Source: a virus. From it: a DNA stretch of 64,000 nucleotides. Under the pieces are notes generated by a model. The model was not told where the DNA came from, made no database searches, and saw nothing but the letters and a program-made list of their open reading frames with translations. Each line of letters opens with the position of its first letter. The first letter of the stretch is position 1. A program made the translations under genes and the position numbers. Location of the stretch: the IMG/VR virus record IMGVR_UViG_3300018050_000401, positions 1,721 through 65,720 of that record; one strand, given 5' to 3'. Below are positions 1-8,509 of the stretch, piece after piece.

Positions 1-4
1 TTTG

Positions 5-214
5 TTATTTCTTCTTGGTTGGTTCTGGTACTTTTTCGCCTTCTACTTTCTTGTGAACTTTGATTTTCTTGCATTCTTGGACTACTGCGCCTTTTTTGTC
101 TTTAACAACTTTTCCGGCTTTGTCTACTTTGTCCTTGCAAACTTCTTTCACTTCGCCACCGGCAAATGCTGTGCTGGCAACACATAACGCTAAAAGTGCT
201 AATATTTTTTTCAT
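5..214 (-). CDS. Small secreted/lipoprotein-like Lys-rich protein (69 aa)
   Basis: N-terminal signal peptide MKKILALLALCVASTAFAGG, then a K/E/V-rich low-complexity region. Sits at the distal end of the lysis cassette. Confidence 0.45.
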   Translation of the reverse strand: MKKILALLALCVASTAFAGGEVKEVCKDKVDKAGKVVKDKKGAVVQECKKIKVHKKVEGEKVPEPTKKK

Positions 215-226
215 TTTAAGTTTCCT

Positions 227-766
227 TTATAGAACTGGATCGTCTGTTGGTACAATCTTTTTACCGCTAGCTGTTGTTGCTATTGGTGCTGAGGAACCAA
301 AACTTCCCCCGAAGCTTGGTGCTGGTGCTGAACTAGATACGCTTCCAAAGCCGCTTCCGCTAAAGCTACTTGAGGCGCTTGGTGCTGGGACACTTGGCGC
401 AACTGGTGCTGAGAAACTGCTTGGTGCTGGCGCAGGTACGCTAAAGCCTGTTGGTTGTGTTGCTCCGCCATTATTTGCTCCATTTAATTTTTCTTGTGTA
501 CGACCAAAAGCCGCAATACCTAGTACCGCACCCATTGCGATGTGAAATAGTCCGGCACCCTGTAGTGTTAAAGGTTGCCATTGTGTAATAGTTCCAACCT
601 TCATTACAGCCTGCAACATACTCCACATTATTGGAAATAGAACAAAGTCAAATGCACAAACACCCATGTACAGCCATCCCATCATAGGACGCCACTTGCT
701 GTTCATCCAATCCTCTTTTTTCTTTTCAGCATCGCTCATTTTTGCGTATTCTTCTGCTGTTGACAT
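227..766 (-). CDS. Holin-like membrane protein (179 aa) with Ser/Pro/Ala-rich C-terminal tail
   Basis: N-terminal region MSDAEKKKEDWMNSKWRPMMGWLYMGVCAFDFVLFPIMW resembles GTA-type 3-TM holins and predicts TM helices. The C-terminus is low-complexity (PAPS/SSFSGSG). Adjacent to endolysin and spanin genes. Confidence 0.45.
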   Translation of the reverse strand: MSTAEEYAKMSDAEKKKEDWMNSKWRPMMGWLYMGVCAFDFVLFPIMWSMLQAVMKVGTITQWQPLTLQGAGLFHIAMGAVLGIAAFGRTQEKLNGANNGGATQPTGFSVPAPAPSSFSAPVAPSVPAPSASSSFSGSGFGSVSSSAPAPSFGGSFGSSAPIATTASGKKIVPTDDPVL

Positions 767-780
767 TTACTTGCTCCTAA

Positions 781-1344
781 TTATAAAAATAAAAGTACAC
801 CTTGGGCACTTAAAAAGATACCCACACCTGCTACTGCAAAACTTGCCCAGAACATCGGCATACTAACTGCAAGGATACTTGCTGATAATACAACGATTGC
901 TAATTGATATGCTGTACTTGCGTAACCAATCCATGGACTAGATTTCTTTGCTAGTTCACGCTCTGCTTCCATCTTGCGAGCATTTACAGCAATTTCTTTC
1001 TTGTCAGCATCCATACGTTCTGCTTCTGCTTTAAACTCTGCTTTGAGTTTAGGATCGCTAGTAGTTTTACTAGCAATTTCGTAACTAACCAATCTATTAT
1101 TTTTTGCTTGGTACTGTGCCCAAGCATTGTTTGCGCCTAGTGTGTTGTTTAATACTGTTGAACTTAACTTGCCACCGTACCATGAATTTACTGCTAGGAA
1201 CAATGCAAATACAGAAATAACCATACCTGCTTTATCTTTAATCTTTGCTTCACGCTCTGAACGTGAACCAGCTACCGGCTTTGGTGCATCCGGGTCTTTG
1301 GGCTCCTTATTGATCATTTTCAATATTGAATCGTGTAATGCCAT
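781..1344 (-). CDS. Membrane protein with coiled-coil (187 aa), lysis-cassette associated (antiholin/holin candidate)
   Basis: One central and two C-terminal hydrophobic helices (ISVFALFLAV; AIVVLSASILAVSMPMFWASFAVAGVGIFL) flank a charged coiled-coil segment. Lies between the spanin and holin-like genes. Confidence 0.4.
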   Translation of the reverse strand: MALHDSILKMINKEPKDPDAPKPVAGSRSEREAKIKDKAGMVISVFALFLAVNSWYGGKLSSTVLNNTLGANNAWAQYQAKNNRLVSYEIASKTTSDPKLKAEFKAEAERMDADKKEIAVNARKMEAERELAKKSSPWIGYASTAYQLAIVVLSASILAVSMPMFWASFAVAGVGIFLSAQGVLLFL

Positions 1345-1363
1345 TTGCGCTCCTTTCGAATAT

Positions 1364-1630
1364 TTACTTTACGCTATCAAAATTTTGTTTTTGTGTTTCA
1401 TACCACTCCTTCCAAAGTTCGCTTTTGAATTGGCACTCGTGATATTGACTGTAGTTTTCAGTTACTACTTTTAACACTTCACTCATTTTAGTTGTACCTT
1501 CTGGTACATCTTTTAAATTAGGACAAATTTCCATTAGTTCTTTTGGAACTTCTGGGAAGTTTCTTTTAACAGGTGTAGAAAGACATCCTGTTAAAAATAT
1601 TGTAGTTGCTAGGATTAGGACTAGTTTCAT
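1364..1630 (-). CDS. Outer-membrane lipoprotein, o-spanin candidate (88 aa)
   Basis: Lipobox MKLVLILATTIFLTGC with additional Cys residues. Start overlaps the stop of the upstream TM/coiled-coil gene (ATGA-type overlap). Confidence 0.45.
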   Translation of the reverse strand: MKLVLILATTIFLTGCLSTPVKRNFPEVPKELMEICPNLKDVPEGTTKMSEVLKVVTENYSQYHECQFKSELWKEWYETQKQNFDSVK

Positions 1631-2097
1631 TTTTGCCCTCTCTCAGGTTTCTTAGCTGCTTCATTTAAAATGTTAACAGCTTCTGGTGCTACTTCACATT
1701 TAGCATCTACAAGTTTTTCAACTTCTTTAATTTTTTCTTGTACAACAATTTGAGTATCTTTAATTACTTTTACTCTATCTTTGTACTTGACTACAATCTT
1801 TTCATTAACTTCTTTAGACTTTTCTTCAGACTCTTTTACTTTGGCCTCTAACTCTGCGACACGTTGACGCCACTCTGCTTCAGTATCATAGCCACCTTTT
1901 AAATATATGCCAGCAACTAAAAGTACAGCACTGACAATTTGTAACAACAAGTGATATGGTGCTAGTGCAGGGAACCACCTAACTATTCTATGCAGTAGAA
2001 AAAACGATAAGAAAGAACTTATCGCTCCTACTATTAAAATAGTGTGAACTACATATAGTAAAACACCATCAGGGATCCACGCCAGTAACCAAAACAT
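1627..2097 (-). CDS. Inner-membrane coiled-coil protein, i-spanin candidate (156 aa)
   Basis: N-terminal hydrophobic helices followed by a long charged coiled-coil (AELEAKVKESEEKSKEVNEK...). Immediately downstream of the endolysin. Confidence 0.45.
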   Translation of the reverse strand: MFWLLAWIPDGVLLYVVHTILIVGAISSFLSFFLLHRIVRWFPALAPYHLLLQIVSAVLLVAGIYLKGGYDTEAEWRQRVAELEAKVKESEEKSKEVNEKIVVKYKDRVKVIKDTQIVVQEKIKEVEKLVDAKCEVAPEAVNILNEAAKKPERGQK

Positions 2098-2098
2098 C

Positions 2099-2731
2099 TT
2101 AGTGTCCTAAAACGTGAATAGCATGATTGTAGTGCTTGATACGATCTTCTAATCCTAGTGTTCCACCGTTAATACGTTTTGTTAGTGTTAGAATGTCGCC
2201 TTTATCAGCCCACTGATTTAAGTTGTTAGCTTCCCAGAACCAAGCAGCACTTTGTACACAACCTTCGAAGGTTGTCAAGTGTTCGCTTGCTTCATCGAGA
2301 CTAATTTCTAAACTTTCTGCGTAACGCTCATAGTTACTCTTTCCAGTTAATTGAATTAAGCCACGCCCGCAGAATTTCCAACCATCTCCGCTGGCTTCGT
2401 CGCCGTTGCCCATGCGATTTGCGTATGCTCTATTAGCAATCTTTTCTTGGTTGTGTGCGTATTGTCTAGCAACATCCATATTAGGAAAGTACTTAGGCCA
2501 AACACGCATTAAACTTTCTGCTTTGTAGTTTAAATTTTCTTTAATGGCTCTGTAGCCGCCTGACTCATGTGCTGTCTGTGCTAGAAATGCAGCTACACGG
2601 GGCACAGTTTGAATATCGTAATCGGGTAAAACTTGACATAGTGCTTCATACCAGTGATCAGCATGTGGAGGATTTCCACCCACACACTCTTTAAACTTTG
2701 CTAATGTAAAATCAAACTCAAATCCGCTCAT
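2099..2731 (-). CDS. Endolysin, glycoside hydrolase family 19 (chitinase-like lysozyme)
   Basis: GH19 signature blocks AFLAQTAHESGG and CGRGLIQLTGKSNYERY, plus GGTLGLEDR. Length 210 aa, typical of phage GH19 endolysins. Confidence 0.85.
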   Translation of the reverse strand: MSGFEFDFTLAKFKECVGGNPPHADHWYEALCQVLPDYDIQTVPRVAAFLAQTAHESGGYRAIKENLNYKAESLMRVWPKYFPNMDVARQYAHNQEKIANRAYANRMGNGDEASGDGWKFCGRGLIQLTGKSNYERYAESLEISLDEASEHLTTFEGCVQSAAWFWEANNLNQWADKGDILTLTKRINGGTLGLEDRIKHYNHAIHVLGH

Positions 2732-3462
2732 TATTCTTTCCTTTCAAGTGCAACGGCCCACCCGTTGTTTTCAAATACAAAAGCGTTTCCAACTTTTGTA
2801 ATGTTGTAGTTTCCAATATATTTTGTTAGAAACATTACTTCAGCCATACTTTTACTTTCTAGTAAAAATGGTCCGTCTAGCTCATCAAATACTTCTTTAG
2901 TTGTTCCGCTTGTAATGATATTAAAAAGAACTTTTCCACCGTAGACACGTTTAAAGCTAATTGATTCGTCTAACAGTTGTATATCATCTACATAACTACG
3001 ACTAAAGAATTCTTGAAAATTATCAACTTTGCTTCGCTCGGTAGCAATATCGTAACTATTTTTATCTAGCGGTATTGCAGCAGCTAAGTTGTCTTCTGTT
3101 GCTTCTTGACTTTTAAAATTTTTAAAATATCTAAATTTAAAATTATCAATACCAGAAATCTTTTCAACGCCGTCTAAAATTTCTCTTATTTGTTCTGGAA
3201 CATGGCGACTGCGTTCTAATTCCACGTATACTTTGTAAGTGCCATCGTCAAGTTCACCTGGGCTAACGTCTGCATCTAATACAAAGTCAAACCCCATCTC
3301 AATAAAATTTTCTAAATCTTTAGCAGGATCTTCTTGGTCTACAGTAAAAGATATTGTTACAATATCTTCATCGTCACCGATTTTACTTTTAAATGCATCA
3401 ACCTCAATAATTTTTTTAATAAAACCTCTAAGGTCGTTAGCTCGAAGACTTTCGTTAATCAT
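2731..3462 (-). CDS. Hypothetical protein (243 aa)
   Basis: Long ORF with good coding continuity, start-stop coupled to neighbours. No recognisable motif. Confidence 0.5.
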   Translation of the reverse strand: MINESLRANDLRGFIKKIIEVDAFKSKIGDDEDIVTISFTVDQEDPAKDLENFIEMGFDFVLDADVSPGELDDGTYKVYVELERSRHVPEQIREILDGVEKISGIDNFKFRYFKNFKSQEATEDNLAAAIPLDKNSYDIATERSKVDNFQEFFSRSYVDDIQLLDESISFKRVYGGKVLFNIITSGTTKEVFDELDGPFLLESKSMAEVMFLTKYIGNYNITKVGNAFVFENNGWAVALERKE

Positions 3463-4055
3463 TATACAGGTGCTCCTGGAATTGCTGGAGCTGCTCCGGC
3501 GGTTGGTGCGGCTGGTGCTGCACCTACGGGAGGCATTGCACCTACGGGCGGCATTGCGCCCCCTGGTGGCATCATACCAGGTTGTTGATTTTGTTTCTTT
3601 TTATCTGAATCATCAGGTTGACTTTCGGCCTTCATCTTATCCATATAACCACGATACATATCAAATGCAATCTTCTTAGGCATTTGAATTTCAACAATCC
3701 AAATTGGTTTACGGTCTAGTTTACCTTTTTTAGTTCCTGGACGAATGTCTTCAGGTGTTCTAATTCTTCTAGGTTCAACTAAATGACTGCGTTGGTACTT
3801 GATTTTGCAACCCAAATCCTGCAATCGTTTGGCCGCAATAGGATTGGGCATATTCTTCTCGGGCCACATAAATCCTGCGGTAATCCAGTGGCGGTCGACT
3901 TGTGGTCCGTACGCTAGTTCGCCCTGTTCCCAGTTCTCATAAGCATATAAATCCATTTCGTCTAGCACACGCTCAAAATCCTTGAGAATAGCAAGGCTGG
4001 TGTTATTTTCATATAAATCGTCAATGTTGCGAATAACGTCTAAAATATCGTACAT
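3462..4055 (-). CDS. Hypothetical protein with Pro/Ala/Gly-rich C-terminal repeats (197 aa)
   Basis: C-terminus GGAMPPVGAMPPVGAAPAAPTAGAAPAIPGAPV is encoded by short tandem DNA repeats at about 3480-3580. No catalytic motif recognised. Confidence 0.5.
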   Translation of the reverse strand: MYDILDVIRNIDDLYENNTSLAILKDFERVLDEMDLYAYENWEQGELAYGPQVDRHWITAGFMWPEKNMPNPIAAKRLQDLGCKIKYQRSHLVEPRRIRTPEDIRPGTKKGKLDRKPIWIVEIQMPKKIAFDMYRGYMDKMKAESQPDDSDKKKQNQQPGMMPPGGAMPPVGAMPPVGAAPAAPTAGAAPAIPGAPV

Positions 4056-4140
4056 GTTATGTCCTAGAAATCACTATTCTTATTTAGCTGGATCAAAACC
4101 ATAACATATCAGTTTACTTTTTAGCGTAGAAGTTAAATAA

Positions 4141-4186
4141 TTGTGTAGGACCTCTGTAGTCATCGGGCGGTCACTACAAGTCCTAC
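4141..4186 (+). promoter_or_regulatory. Nested inverted-repeat stem-loop in phoH 5' leader
   Basis: GTAGGAC...GTCCTAC outer 7-bp helix enclosing TGTAGT...ACTACA inner 6-bp helix, about 25 nt upstream of the phoH RBS AGGAG. No U-tract, so not a terminator. Confidence 0.35.
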
Positions 4187-4211
4187 TTTTATGAGTAGGA
4201 GAACAACTTAG

Positions 4212-4925
4212 ATGAGCAAAAGAGTGAAGAAACGCTTTACATCAGAAGTTAAAGTAATTGATTTTGAACCATATCTTCCGCACAAGAAGCAACGTGTCGT
4301 AATCAGCGCACGAAATCCCAATCAGAAGTTATATCTCAGTAAACTGCACGACGAGCAAAACAGCATTGTTATTGCTATCGGCCCAGCAGGTACGGGTAAA
4401 ACTCTGTTGGCTGTGCAGAACGGTATCAAACTATTCCAGGACGGACTAGTGGACAAAATCGTAGTTACAAGACCCGCCGTTAGCGTGGATGAAGATTTAG
4501 GATTTTTACCGGGCGATTTAAATGAAAAAATGGCACCGTGGACGAGACCTATTTTTGACGTCTTCGCAGAATACTATAAACAAGCAGATATTAAAAAAAT
4601 GCTGGAGGAAGGAGTTATCGAGATAAGCCCACTTGCGTATATGCGTGGACGCACATTCAAGAACGCATACATTGTGGCTGATGAATGTCAGAACACAACA
4701 ATAAATCAAATGAAGATGCTACTTACACGCTTGGGAGAAGGATCCAAGATGGTAGTGACAGGAGATTTAGCACAGGCAGACAGATTAAGCGATAACGGAT
4801 TAATAGATTTTTGTAACCTACTCGCACATAAACAAACAAAGCACATTGCTATTGTGCAATTTGATCACAAAGACATTGAAAGACATGAGGCCGTTAAGGA
4901 GGTGCTAGAAATTTACGGCGACTAA
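4212..4925 (+). CDS. phoH: PhoH-like phosphate-starvation-inducible ATPase
   Basis: Walker A GPAGTGKT, DEcQN Walker B-like and conserved PhoH C-terminal blocks. RBS AGGAG upstream. Only plus-strand gene in a minus-strand region, followed by a terminator. Confidence 0.9.
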   Translation: MSKRVKKRFTSEVKVIDFEPYLPHKKQRVVISARNPNQKLYLSKLHDEQNSIVIAIGPAGTGKTLLAVQNGIKLFQDGLVDKIVVTRPAVSVDEDLGFLPGDLNEKMAPWTRPIFDVFAEYYKQADIKKMLEEGVIEISPLAYMRGRTFKNAYIVADECQNTTINQMKMLLTRLGEGSKMVVTGDLAQADRLSDNGLIDFCNLLAHKQTKHIAIVQFDHKDIERHEAVKEVLEIYGD

Positions 4926-4937
4926 TGAATCAAAAAT

Positions 4938-4962
4938 AAAGGGCTCTTAGGAGCCCTTTTCT
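4938..4962. terminator. Bidirectional rho-independent terminator between phoH and dCMP deaminase
   Basis: AGGGCTC-ttag-GAGCCCT hairpin with a T-tract on the plus strand and an A-tract on the other side. Confidence 0.7.
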
Positions 4963-5468
4963 ATTTGTTCTACATTTATTCCTGACTGTTTAAGGAAAGA
5001 TATTCCATCTTCGCTACGATAAGAGTCACGATAAAACACACTCCGGATGCCAGATTGAAAAATAAGTTTGGCACAATCCAAGCAAGGAGCATGAGTGATA
5101 AACATAGTAGCATCGAGCCCAGATTCAGTGCTTTTAGCCAACTTGGCAATTGCGTTTGTTTCGGCATGTAGAACCTCCGGTTTAGTTTTAAGTCGGTATC
5201 TATACTCTTCCTCGGCATCTTCGTTGTATTCAACTAGAGGCCAACGTTCGTATATTTCATCAGGATTAAGCCAACCTCCTGCATCACGGTCCATCCATTC
5301 CTTATCTTCACAGTTGTTGTCCCAGCCCGCGGGCATACCATTATAACCAATACTAATAATTCTATCGTCTTTGACAATGATAGCGCCAACATGTAATCTA
5401 CGTGCATGACTAAGCTCTGCGAATGTTTCCGCAGTTTTCATGTATGCTTCTTTTAGTTTTGTTTTCAT
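4947..5468 (-). CDS. dCMP deaminase (CMP/dCMP deaminase zinc-binding family)
   Basis: HAETNAI and PCLDCAKLI zinc-binding motifs. 173 aa. Confidence 0.85.
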   Translation of the reverse strand: MKTKLKEAYMKTAETFAELSHARRLHVGAIIVKDDRIISIGYNGMPAGWDNNCEDKEWMDRDAGGWLNPDEIYERWPLVEYNEDAEEEYRYRLKTKPEVLHAETNAIAKLAKSTESGLDATMFITHAPCLDCAKLIFQSGIRSVFYRDSYRSEDGISFLKQSGINVEQIEKGS

Positions 5469-6379
5469 AGTGCCGCTAGTCTAATTAGTGTAGCTGCTAA
5501 ATTAATTTCTGGATCGATAACCAGCGTATGATCTACTAAACCTTGCTTGATAATAAGAATGGCCTTATTTTGTTTGTCTTCGTCGCCAAAAATTGCAATG
5601 TTGTCGTAGAGCCATCGATAGATTTCGTCCATTTCTTCTGGCCTTGCTTGGCTACAAACAAGTTTACGACCTTCACTAATTTTTCCTGCTTTGAATAGTT
5701 CAACCATTTGGATCTTGTAATCAGCATCACCGGTGTCGCCTTTTTCCGGACTGTGTAATTTACCATCCATACTATTCATTTGCACCATGTTGATACATTT
5801 ACGCAAATCTGGATATGTAGCACGAACAAATGTGTCCAGTGTGTCTAAATCAAATTCAACACCTTCTTCCCCAAGTATTGTTGCTACACGAACAGTAAAC
5901 TCTGTTTGATCTGTACGCTCGACGTGGAATCCTTGACAACGACTATGTAATGCTGGAATAATCTTGTTTGGGTAGTTACAAGTTAGGATAAACCGTGATG
6001 TAGTATGATATTCCTCCATAACTCCACGCAAGGCTGCTTGAGCGTTTGGAGATAGATAGTCTGCTTCGTCTAACAGCACAACCTTGTAATCACCAAATGG
6101 AATCATCTGTACAAAGTTGACAATCTTATCACGAACATCCTCGACCGAGTTTGTACGGCTTGCGTTAATTTCTAAAATGTCTAACGGGTTAATGTCTAGC
6201 TCGTTAAACAAAATTTTTGCTAAGGTTGTCTTTCCAATACCTGCATTGCCGCTAAACAACAAATGGGGAATAGTCCCGTCTTTAACCCACCGTTGAATTT
6301 GTTCTTTTTGATGATTGTCTCTGAAAACATACCCGTCTAATTTTTTAGGACGGTATTTCTCTACCCATAGTTCTTTCAT
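5465..6379 (-). CDS. Sliding-clamp loader subunit (RFC small subunit / gp44-like AAA+ ATPase)
   Basis: EKYRPKKLDGYVF RFC box, Walker A GNAGIGKTT, DEAD-like LLDEADYL, SRC motif (HSRCQGF). Confidence 0.85.
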   Translation of the reverse strand: MKELWVEKYRPKKLDGYVFRDNHQKEQIQRWVKDGTIPHLLFSGNAGIGKTTLAKILFNELDINPLDILEINASRTNSVEDVRDKIVNFVQMIPFGDYKVVLLDEADYLSPNAQAALRGVMEEYHTTSRFILTCNYPNKIIPALHSRCQGFHVERTDQTEFTVRVATILGEEGVEFDLDTLDTFVRATYPDLRKCINMVQMNSMDGKLHSPEKGDTGDADYKIQMVELFKAGKISEGRKLVCSQARPEEMDEIYRWLYDNIAIFGDEDKQNKAILIIKQGLVDHTLVIDPEINLAATLIRLAAL

Positions 6380-6779
6380 ATTCTGCCTCTATAACTCGCT
6401 GTCTAAGTTCGCTTGTGCTAAAACTGTGTCGGCGTTGATTGTAATAAAAATCCATTGGGATGTTATACCCAGTGAATTCTTTGTCTTTGTATTCTTCTCC
6501 TAGTATTCTAACATCTATAGGATAAGAAAGCAATATGTCGACTAAGTCTTTTTCTGTAGCATACACTACAACTTCGTCGACAAACTTGCAGGCTTGGAGT
6601 TGCACAAACCGCTCAAAAATACTTTGAATTGGTTTGTTTTTTGAATGAGGTCTATCAATAGTAGGATCCGTTTGTAAACCAACAATCAAGTAATCGCATT
6701 GTGATTTAGCTTCTTTGAGCATCATAATATGCCCTGCATGAAACAAATCGAACGTTGAACAAGTGAATCCTACCCTCAT
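6345..6779 (-). CDS. Cytidylyltransferase-like nucleotidyltransferase (glycerol-3-phosphate cytidylyltransferase family)
   Basis: HxGH motif in FDLFHAGHIMMLKEAK, Rossmann-like fold, 144 aa. Confidence 0.7.
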   Translation of the reverse strand: MRVGFTCSTFDLFHAGHIMMLKEAKSQCDYLIVGLQTDPTIDRPHSKNKPIQSIFERFVQLQACKFVDEVVVYATEKDLVDILLSYPIDVRILGEEYKDKEFTGYNIPMDFYYNQRRHSFSTSELRQRVIEAEYERTMGREIPS

Positions 6780-7018
6780 ACCATTTCTTCAACAACACCT
6801 AATACTTCTGCCAGAATTAGTAAACTGCCAGCATACCAAAACATGCTATAGCATAGTGCTACGCCAGCTGCGATTCTTACTGCGCTTTTGGCAAAACTGA
6901 TATACTTGTGTTTGACTGGGTCCGGGTGTTGGAATTCAACTTCATTCTTTTCGTGGTCTTCTGTTAAAACGCTTTTTGCTTTTTTGATGTCTTGTACTGC
7001 TTCGTCAAATGTACTCAT
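6776..7018 (-). CDS. Small membrane protein (80 aa)
   Basis: C-terminal hydrophobic helix AAGVALCYSMFWYAGSLLILAEVLGVV. Translationally coupled to the neighbouring gene. Confidence 0.4.
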   Translation of the reverse strand: MSTFDEAVQDIKKAKSVLTEDHEKNEVEFQHPDPVKHKYISFAKSAVRIAAGVALCYSMFWYAGSLLILAEVLGVVEEMV

Positions 7019-7048
7019 AAGGTTCTCCTTTATTGTAGTATAATAAAG

Positions 7049-7076
7049 AAAAAAATAGGGCTAGTCAATAGCCCTG
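7049..7076 (-). terminator. Rho-independent terminator after the GroES-like gene
   Basis: AGGGCTA-gtcaa-TAGCCCT hairpin followed on the minus strand by T7. Confidence 0.65.
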
Positions 7077-7095
7077 TTGTTCAAAAGGTGAAAAA

Positions 7096-7488
7096 TTAAC
7101 GCATGAAGTCTTCTGGACGAATCTCAGAACCATGTGATGCTGTTTGGAACTGTCCAAACTCAGGACCTGCTGGTCGTTCATCTGCGCTCATTAAAATACC
7201 TGCTTCGTCGATGCGACGAATGGTTATAACATTACCTTCATCATCTTCAACTTCTAATCCACGGGTCCAGCGGCCGTGTTCGACTAAAATCCACTCGCCA
7301 ATTTTGACACTGGATTGTTCTTTACCGATGGCGCAAACTTGACACCAGCGAGGCTTGACGCCTTCTGATTTACCGTCATCGCTTTTTAGAATGATTCCAG
7401 AAGTAGTTTTTTGTTCACCAAAGTTCATATCTTTAACTAAGATATGTGATTGTACCGGTCTAAGTTGACTTAGTCTTACTTTACTCAT
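7096..7488 (-). CDS. Co-chaperonin GroES/Cpn10-like (gp31-like), 130 aa
   Basis: Pattern ILVK...KTTSGIIL...G.V...G.W matches GroES strands and the mobile-loop region. Longer than bacterial GroES, as in T4 gp31-type proteins. Confidence 0.6.
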   Translation of the reverse strand: MSKVRLSQLRPVQSHILVKDMNFGEQKTTSGIILKSDDGKSEGVKPRWCQVCAIGKEQSSVKIGEWILVEHGRWTRGLEVEDDEGNVITIRRIDEAGILMSADERPAGPEFGQFQTASHGSEIRPEDFMR

Positions 7489-7730
7489 ACACCCCCCGTA
7501 GGATCCTCATTTTCAATATTTTTCTTAACACTCGAATTTGGTGCTTCACGCATAACTTCTTCTCGTCTGCGGATAATTTTGCCGCCAGGACCCAATTCGT
7601 CACCGCGGGCATTAACCTTTACGTTGCCTACTGCAACAGTCATTTCATTAGCCATTACTAGCTTTTGCATATCTACTTCTTTGCCCTGCATTGAGCGATA
7701 TACTTGTCTTTGTTGTTCTTTCATTGCCAT
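7485..7730 (-). CDS. Hypothetical protein (81 aa)
   Basis: ORF coupled to the GroES-like gene. No motif recognised. Confidence 0.4.
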   Translation of the reverse strand: MAMKEQQRQVYRSMQGKEVDMQKLVMANEMTVAVGNVKVNARGDELGPGGKIIRRREEVMREAPNSSVKKNIENEDPTGGV

Positions 7731-7756
7731 ATTAATCTCCTAGGATTATGCTTTAC

Positions 7757-8263
7757 TTATCTCAGGAATTCCTGCCAGTCTAAATTATATTTGATAGGAT
7801 CTATATTATGAACACCAATTAAGTATAGCACATAACTGGCAACGCTAGATCCTCGCCCAACTCCCCAAACAACACCTTCTTTTGAGCAAGTGTCTACAAA
7901 GTATTTTAACCAGCGTAGTAAATCTAGCATGTTTCTTGCTTTGTACGCAACCAATTCATCTTGTAGTCTAGTTGCTTCTGGATCCCAAGGTGGGCATTGT
8001 TCTTTGAGCCATGCTTCGATATCTAGTTGTTTGTACTCATCGGGCATGTTCCAATCTGTTTGAAGTGAAGAGTCGTAGTCTTCAAGAGATAAATCGTAGT
8101 CATCTAGCGGTTTCCAAAAAGTTAACCCTGATACTTCTTCCAATCTTTTGGTTTCGTTAGATGGCTCTACAAAAGTTTCAGATGATAACTTTTGGCCTTT
8201 ATACAAGGCTTCGAAGATATCTTGTTCGTTAAAGATTGGATTGCTGAATTTATCTAATCGCAT
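7757..8263 (-). CDS. DnaE (Pol III alpha) palm-region-like fragment protein, 168 aa
   Basis: C-terminal segment RLQDELVAYKARNMLDLLRWLKYFVDTCSKEGVVWGVGRGSSVASYVLYLIGVHNIDPIKYNLDWQEFL aligns with the DnaE GPGRGSxAGSLVAYxLxITxxDPLxxxLLFERFLN block and the helices preceding it. The ORF stops right after this block, with no PHP or downstream polymerase domains. Confidence 0.5.
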   Translation of the reverse strand: MRLDKFSNPIFNEQDIFEALYKGQKLSSETFVEPSNETKRLEEVSGLTFWKPLDDYDLSLEDYDSSLQTDWNMPDEYKQLDIEAWLKEQCPPWDPEATRLQDELVAYKARNMLDLLRWLKYFVDTCSKEGVVWGVGRGSSVASYVLYLIGVHNIDPIKYNLDWQEFLR

Positions 8264-8272
8264 TCAACTATA

Positions 8273-8503
8273 TTAGTTGACTTTGATCAATTTGTCAAGA
8301 TCTTTGTTACGATTTGACATCATTTTTTCGTATGCTCTCTGCTGACGTTTTGCCATTTCTTCTCGATAAGTATCAAGGACCATGGCTATTTGATTCTTTA
8401 GTTCTGGATTGAAACTGGCGAAGTATTTACGAGTTAACTCGCTAATTTTGGCTTCAACTTCGCCGTCTTTTAATGCAGAAAGATCGCCTACTAATGGATG
8501 CAT
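8273..8503 (-). CDS. Hypothetical small helical protein (76 aa)
   Basis: Charged helical ORF. No motif recognised. Confidence 0.4.
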   Translation of the reverse strand: MHPLVGDLSALKDGEVEAKISELTRKYFASFNPELKNQIAMVLDTYREEMAKRQQRAYEKMMSNRNKDLDKLIKVN

Positions 8504-8509
8504 AGATTA

